Below, one piece after another: positions 59,842 to 64,000 of a stretch of 64,000 nt of DNA. Source of the DNA: an uncultured Gemmatimonadales bacterium (lineage in GTDB: Bacteria > Gemmatimonadota > Gemmatimonadetes > Palauibacterales > Palauibacteraceae); NCBI GenBank assembly GCA_963783385.1, contig CAWANJ010000003.1, positions 320,001-384,000 on the forward strand. Direction: 5' to 3'. A model generated the notes under the pieces. The model saw only the letters and a list, made by a program, of their open reading frames with translations. It was not told where the DNA came from and ran no database searches. The position numbers and the translations under genes were made by a program. The first letter of the stretch is position 1. Every line of letters starts with the position of its first letter.

Positions 59842-60985
59842 ATGGATACGAAGCGGATGGATCGTCGAGACGCACTCAAGGTGTTCGGGGCGGGTGGCCT
59901 CGGACTGGTCGGGGTGGCCTGCGGAGCCAGGGGGCCCGATCGGGCCAGCGCGGCCGAGACGAGCGCCGACGCCGGGACCGCGGGCGCTGGATGCGGCCGG
60001 ATCCGCGGTGGCGGGCGCCGCGGGCGCGGCCCCGGGGACGGCCCGGACGGTCACCCTGCAGATGCTGGCCGCCGATCCGAAGGCGCTGCCGGAGCCGATC
60101 GCGGACGCCTCGCCCCGCACGCGCTCCTTCCTGCTCGAGGCGCGCGAGGGCGTGGGCGAGATCGAGCCGGGCTCCACCTTCGACTACATGACCTTCGGAG
60201 GCCAGATCCCGGGCCCGATGCTGCGGGCGCGCCAGGGGGACCGGGTCCGCCTGACGGTGCGCAGCCCCAAGACCAACATCCGGCCCCACAACGTGGACCT
60301 GCACGCCGTGTACGGGCCGGGCGGCGGCGCCTCGGAGACGCTGGTCCTGCCGGGCCAGGAGAAGACGATCGAGTTCAGGGCCATGTACCCGGGCGCCTTC
60401 ATCTACCACTGCGCCGTGCCCGGCCTGGACATGCACATTTCGAGCGGCATGTACGGGATGATCCTCATCGAGCCGCCCGAGGGGCTGCCGAAGGTGGACC
60501 ACGAGCTCTACCTGGGCCAGAACGAGGTGTACACGAACCGCTCGGCCGGCGAGGGCGGGCACCACGCCTTCGACACCGCCTCCATGCTGCGCGAGGACCC
60601 GACCTACGTCCTCCTCAACGGCCAGAAGCACGCCCTGACCGCCGACGGCCGCGGCCCCATCGTGGCCAGGCGCGGCGAGACGGCGCGCGTCTACTTCGTG
60701 AACGGCGGTCCCAACCTGACCTCGAGCTTCCACCCGATCGGCAACGTGTGGAGCAAGGCGTGGATCGCCGGCGCCCTGGCCAACCAGCCCCTGCGCTACG
60801 TGCAGACGCTCCCGGTGCCGCCGGGCTCGACGGGCGTGTTCGAGCTGGAGTTCCCCGTGCCCGAGCCGATCAAGCTCGTGGACCACGCCCTCACGCGCGT
60901 GGCCCACAAGGGCATGCTCGGGATCATCGACGTCCAGGGCGCCAGGCAGGCGAGCATCTTCCGGGCGGTCGACCCGCGCGAGTGA
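59842..60985 (+). CDS. nirK: Copper-containing nitrite reductase, Tat-exported lipoprotein, frameshift near 59990
   Basis: DRRDALK Tat signal with VA-C lipobox; HNVDLH, YHCA..MHISSGMYG (type 1 Cu), SSFHPIG, LVDH. Confidence 0.92.
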
Positions 60986-61012
60986 AGGCCCTCCACTCGA
61001 CGCCGTTCCCCC

Positions 61013-61045
61013 ACGGGGCGCCGCCCGATCCGGGCGGCGCCCCGT
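61013..61045 (+). terminator. nirK terminator hairpin
   Basis: ACGGGGCGCCGCCCG-ATC-CGGGCGGCGCCCCGT, 15-bp perfect stem. Confidence 0.65.
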
Positions 61046-61285
61046 CGCACGTCGGGGCCCGCAGGCTCACGTTTTCGGCTTTTCGGCGGTGGCCGACTGG
61101 CCCGATGCGGGGCTTGTTCGGGTCACATTGGCCGACATTGATGCGCGCGTCCTGCCGAAGGCGTGGGAATTGTGCCACAAGCATGGCTGGATGCGAGTTG
61201 CCCCCACGGCGGGAGCCGCTCACGGTTGGCTTGTCACCTACCTGCAACAAAATGACTTATGGCCTTCCACGCTCACGAGGATGTG

Positions 61286-61301
61286 CCGGCACGGCCTCTG
61301 C
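61286..61301 (+). promoter_or_regulatory. Putative sigma54 (-24/-12) promoter
   Basis: CCGGCACGGCCTCTGC: GG-N10-GC with GGCAC core; AT-rich IHF-like CAAAATGACTTA about 30 bp upstream. Confidence 0.5.
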
Positions 61302-61391
61302 CTCATGTTCCGGACGTGACACGCGGTCCCGCCGCGGCGTCCTTGTGGATGCGAGTCGTAGGGAGATCCGGGCAGCGTGGGAGATACGAGG

Positions 61392-61751
61392 ATGGCTGAC
61401 GAGAGTCTGAGCGGCACGACCTGCAGGCTGATACGGGAGGACGGGACCGAGTGGATCGTGACCCGCTTCGACCTGCGCGAGGGTGGCGCCTGGATCACGG
61501 CCCGGCGGGTGCCCGAGGGCTCCTCGCCCGGCGGCAACGGAAACGGCCACTCGGGCGCCCACGGCCAGCCGGGCGACCCGGATGGAGCGGAGCGGCTGCT
61601 CGAGGCGCCGCTGCGTCACGGCGACCGCCTGGTGTGGACGCGCCGCGATGGCACGGTGGCCTGGGCGATGCGCAACCCGACCGGGGTGGGCATCGCGTGG
61701 CGCCACCAGGACGTGGAAGACGACGAGTTCTTCGCGGGGGACTTCCGCTAA
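61392..61751 (+). CDS. Hypothetical protein
   Basis: GAGG RBS, GC3-biased codons, 119 aa, Trp-rich beta pattern. Confidence 0.6.
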   Translation: MADESLSGTTCRLIREDGTEWIVTRFDLREGGAWITARRVPEGSSPGGNGNGHSGAHGQPGDPDGAERLLEAPLRHGDRLVWTRRDGTVAWAMRNPTGVGIAWRHQDVEDDEFFAGDFR

Positions 61752-61911
61752 CCTCCCCCATCCTCTATGTATCTACCATGGTGGTCGTTGCGCCCCCCAT
61801 CGGGGGCGGCGTGATCCGGCCGCGTCCGGCCGGTTCCTCGGTGGGCCGGACGTCCGGCCCCGAGCGGTCCGCCCTCCCGATCCCTGACCCGCGCACCCGG
61901 AGGAGCACCTC

Positions 61912-62073
61912 ATGAACCGCAAGTCGATCGGTCAGCTCCTGGAGTACGTCGGATACCTCGTCCTCGTCCTGGTCCTGTTCCGCTGGTCCACTCTGGCGGG
62001 GGAGCTCGGCGTGGGCGCGCTGGTGGCCTACTTCGGCATCCGGCTGCGGGCGGGGGCGTCGCGCGGCACCTGA
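61912..62073 (+). CDS. Small (53 aa) two-TM membrane protein
   Basis: GGAGGAG RBS; MNRKSIGQLLEYVGYLVLVLVLFRWSTLAGELGVGALVAYFGIRLRAGASRGT*; below the ORF-track cutoff. Confidence 0.6.
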   Translation: MNRKSIGQLLEYVGYLVLVLVLFRWSTLAGELGVGALVAYFGIRLRAGASRGT

Positions 62074-62147
62074 CGCTCCCGGTCCTCCAGAGTTCCGCGG
62101 CTCCGCGCCGGGCTCGTCCGCGCTCGTAAGCGGGCCCCGGCGGAGCC

Positions 62148-63815
62148 TCACGGGAAGCACATACCGCGGCCGTCCGGTGGCAGGTCCGGCGGCCGCGCGG
62201 CCCGCACCCGCGCCGCATCCGCCGATCCCCGGCGGGCGAACACGGCGGCCAGCGTGTCCTGGTACACGCGCGGCCATCCGGGCGAGAGGCTCATGAGGTT
62301 GTAGACGGGTCGGTCGCGCGGGACCAGGGCCAGGTCGGCCGGCCCCAGCTCCAGGAACCGGTCCCAGTCGCCCACCCCTCCCAGCCAGTCCAGGTACTCC
62401 CGGTAGGCGAAGTCCGGGTACACGGTCTCGCGCCGGCCGTCCATCCCGACCTTCATGGCGGGCTCCAGCTTCCAGATCGCGTACTCGCCCCAGTTGAAGA
62501 ACACGGCCAGGTTGCCCCGGGCCCCGCTCCTCTGCAGCAGCCCCACGGCGCGGGCCGGATAGTCGAGGCCTCCGCTCTGCGGTCCCATCTCAATGCAGCG
62601 GAACGACGGGATGGAGCGCGCGGCGGTCAGGACCCCCACCAGGCCCGCGAGCGCCGCCAGCCACGGGGCCGCCCTGCCGCCCGGCGTCGGGTGGCGCCGC
62701 TTGGGGCCGAGGACGGCGCCCAGGTCGGGGGCCAGGAGCACGCCCAGCGCCAGCCCGAACAGCGGCAGGTGCCGGACGGCGGTCAGGGGGAGGATGGCGA
62801 CCACGCCCAGCACGGCCAGGAGCGCTGGCCGGGGGCGCCGCGGCGAGCTCCGCAGGATCCACGCGCCGCCGACTACGTAGGCCAGGTAGACGAGTCCGAG
62901 GCTCGAACGGATGGGGAGGGCCTTCCACTCCGAGATGTCGGGCCGTGGCACGGTGGCCGTCCGCAGGAGGAAGAGGGGGAGCCGCACGCCGTAGGGGTTG
63001 AGGAGGAGGGCGCCGGCGGCCGCCAGCGCGACCGCGATGGCCACGAGCGCCCCCGGGCGCGGTGCCTCCCGCCGCGGGCCCCTCCCGCCCCCGTCCGCCG
63101 CCGCGGCTCCCCCGTCCGCCGCCGCGGCTCCCCCGTCCGCGGCCCGGCGCCGGCGCCAGCTCCCCAGCAGCGCCAGCACCACCCGGGACGCGGCCCACAC
63201 CACCAGGACCCCGAGCCCGGCGAGCACGCCGCCGTGCAGGTTCACCCACACGGCGAACAGCGGCGGGAGGAGCCACAGCCACCCGGCGGCCCCGCCCCGC
63301 TCCGCGCGCTCGAGGATCAGCAGGGTGAGCACGAAGGCCAGGTAGGTGAACAGCTGGGGCCGGACGGTGCCGAGCCCGAGGAGCGCGGGGATCGCCAGGG
63401 CGACCAGCACGAGGCCGGCCCGCAGGGGCCCCAGGCCCGAGCGCCACAGCCTCCGGTACACCAGGAGGAGGATGACGACCACGAACGCCGTCTTCAGGGC
63501 CACCAGGCCGGGCGTGTGGAGGCTGTCCCACACCTTCGAGAAGATGACCTCGGACAGCCACTCGTGGTTGATCCAGGGATGGCCGAGGGTCAGGTATGAA
63601 TACGGGTCGGCCAGGGTAACGCCGCCCAGGCGCCGGGTCAGCTCGCCGAACCGGATGTGGCCCCACAGGTCCGGATCTGCCATCGTGTCGGAGACGAGTC
63701 GAATCAGGATGCCGACGAGGAGCACGGCGATTCCGCCCCTCCACAGGCGGTCGCGCCGGTCCCCGGCGGCGCCATCCCCGGACGCTCCCTCGCTTGCGGG
63801 CGGTTCGGTGTGCAT
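62148..63815 (-). CDS. Polytopic membrane protein, GT-C-like glycosyltransferase fold
   Basis: DPDLWGHIRFG, DPYSY...WINHEWLSE, RPQLFT, WVNLHGG, LNPYG, ISEW, MDGRRETVY; internal 21-bp tandem repeat at 63088-63140. Confidence 0.65.
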   Translation of the reverse strand: MHTEPPASEGASGDGAAGDRRDRLWRGGIAVLLVGILIRLVSDTMADPDLWGHIRFGELTRRLGGVTLADPYSYLTLGHPWINHEWLSEVIFSKVWDSLHTPGLVALKTAFVVVILLLVYRRLWRSGLGPLRAGLVLVALAIPALLGLGTVRPQLFTYLAFVLTLLILERAERGGAAGWLWLLPPLFAVWVNLHGGVLAGLGVLVVWAASRVVLALLGSWRRRRAADGGAAAADGGAAAADGGGRGPRREAPRPGALVAIAVALAAAGALLLNPYGVRLPLFLLRTATVPRPDISEWKALPIRSSLGLVYLAYVVGGAWILRSSPRRPRPALLAVLGVVAILPLTAVRHLPLFGLALGVLLAPDLGAVLGPKRRHPTPGGRAAPWLAALAGLVGVLTAARSIPSFRCIEMGPQSGGLDYPARAVGLLQRSGARGNLAVFFNWGEYAIWKLEPAMKVGMDGRRETVYPDFAYREYLDWLGGVGDWDRFLELGPADLALVPRDRPVYNLMSLSPGWPRVYQDTLAAVFARRGSADAARVRAARPPDLPPDGRGMCFP

Positions 63816-64000
63816 GACGTGCCGGGGCTGGAGGAGGGACGGAAGGCCGTCGGGCCGGGGGCAGCGTGCACGCACGCTCCCAGGGGTGTTGCTTGCATGA
63901 AACAGGATCGACGCTCGATTTGCAAGCCCGGCCCGGACCCGTGCCAGCCGCGGGACGGCGCCGCAGATTGTAAGTAACAGTAAGATAGTCAGTTACAAGA

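Overview
Very GC-rich (by eye >70%) bacterial chromosomal segment; the gene content suggests Gemmatimonadota (inference). In order it carries: an APC permease and a YIP1 protein; a PaaX-headed anaerobic benzoyl-CoA operon (oah, dch, class I benzoyl-CoA reductase bcrCBAD, a small CxxC protein, had, hemerythrin); a GltD-like flavo-Fe-S protein plus a 2-oxoacid:acceptor oxidoreductase alpha/beta pair; an M20 peptidase, alpha/beta hydrolase, ECF sigma factor, porin and tag; menaquinone genes menF-D-B-A and menE; several outer-membrane beta-barrel genes; a solitary sucA; an alternative complex III operon (actABCDEF); two tandem Wzi-like genes; seven tRNAs; an RHH gene apparently fused to a degenerate nucleotidyltransferase domain, preceded by a 10-bp-phased TGACA array; a GIY-YIG nuclease; a REC-HD-GYP / HEAT-repeat / HD-GYP signalling operon divergent from a TPR gene; a Tat-lipoprotein Cu nitrite reductase (nirK); and a GT-C-like membrane protein. 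About ten genes are broken by single-base indels, which look like long-read assembly errors rather than true pseudogenes. No CRISPR array, rRNA, transposase or integrase was seen. All family assignments come from motif recognition by eye, not database searches.
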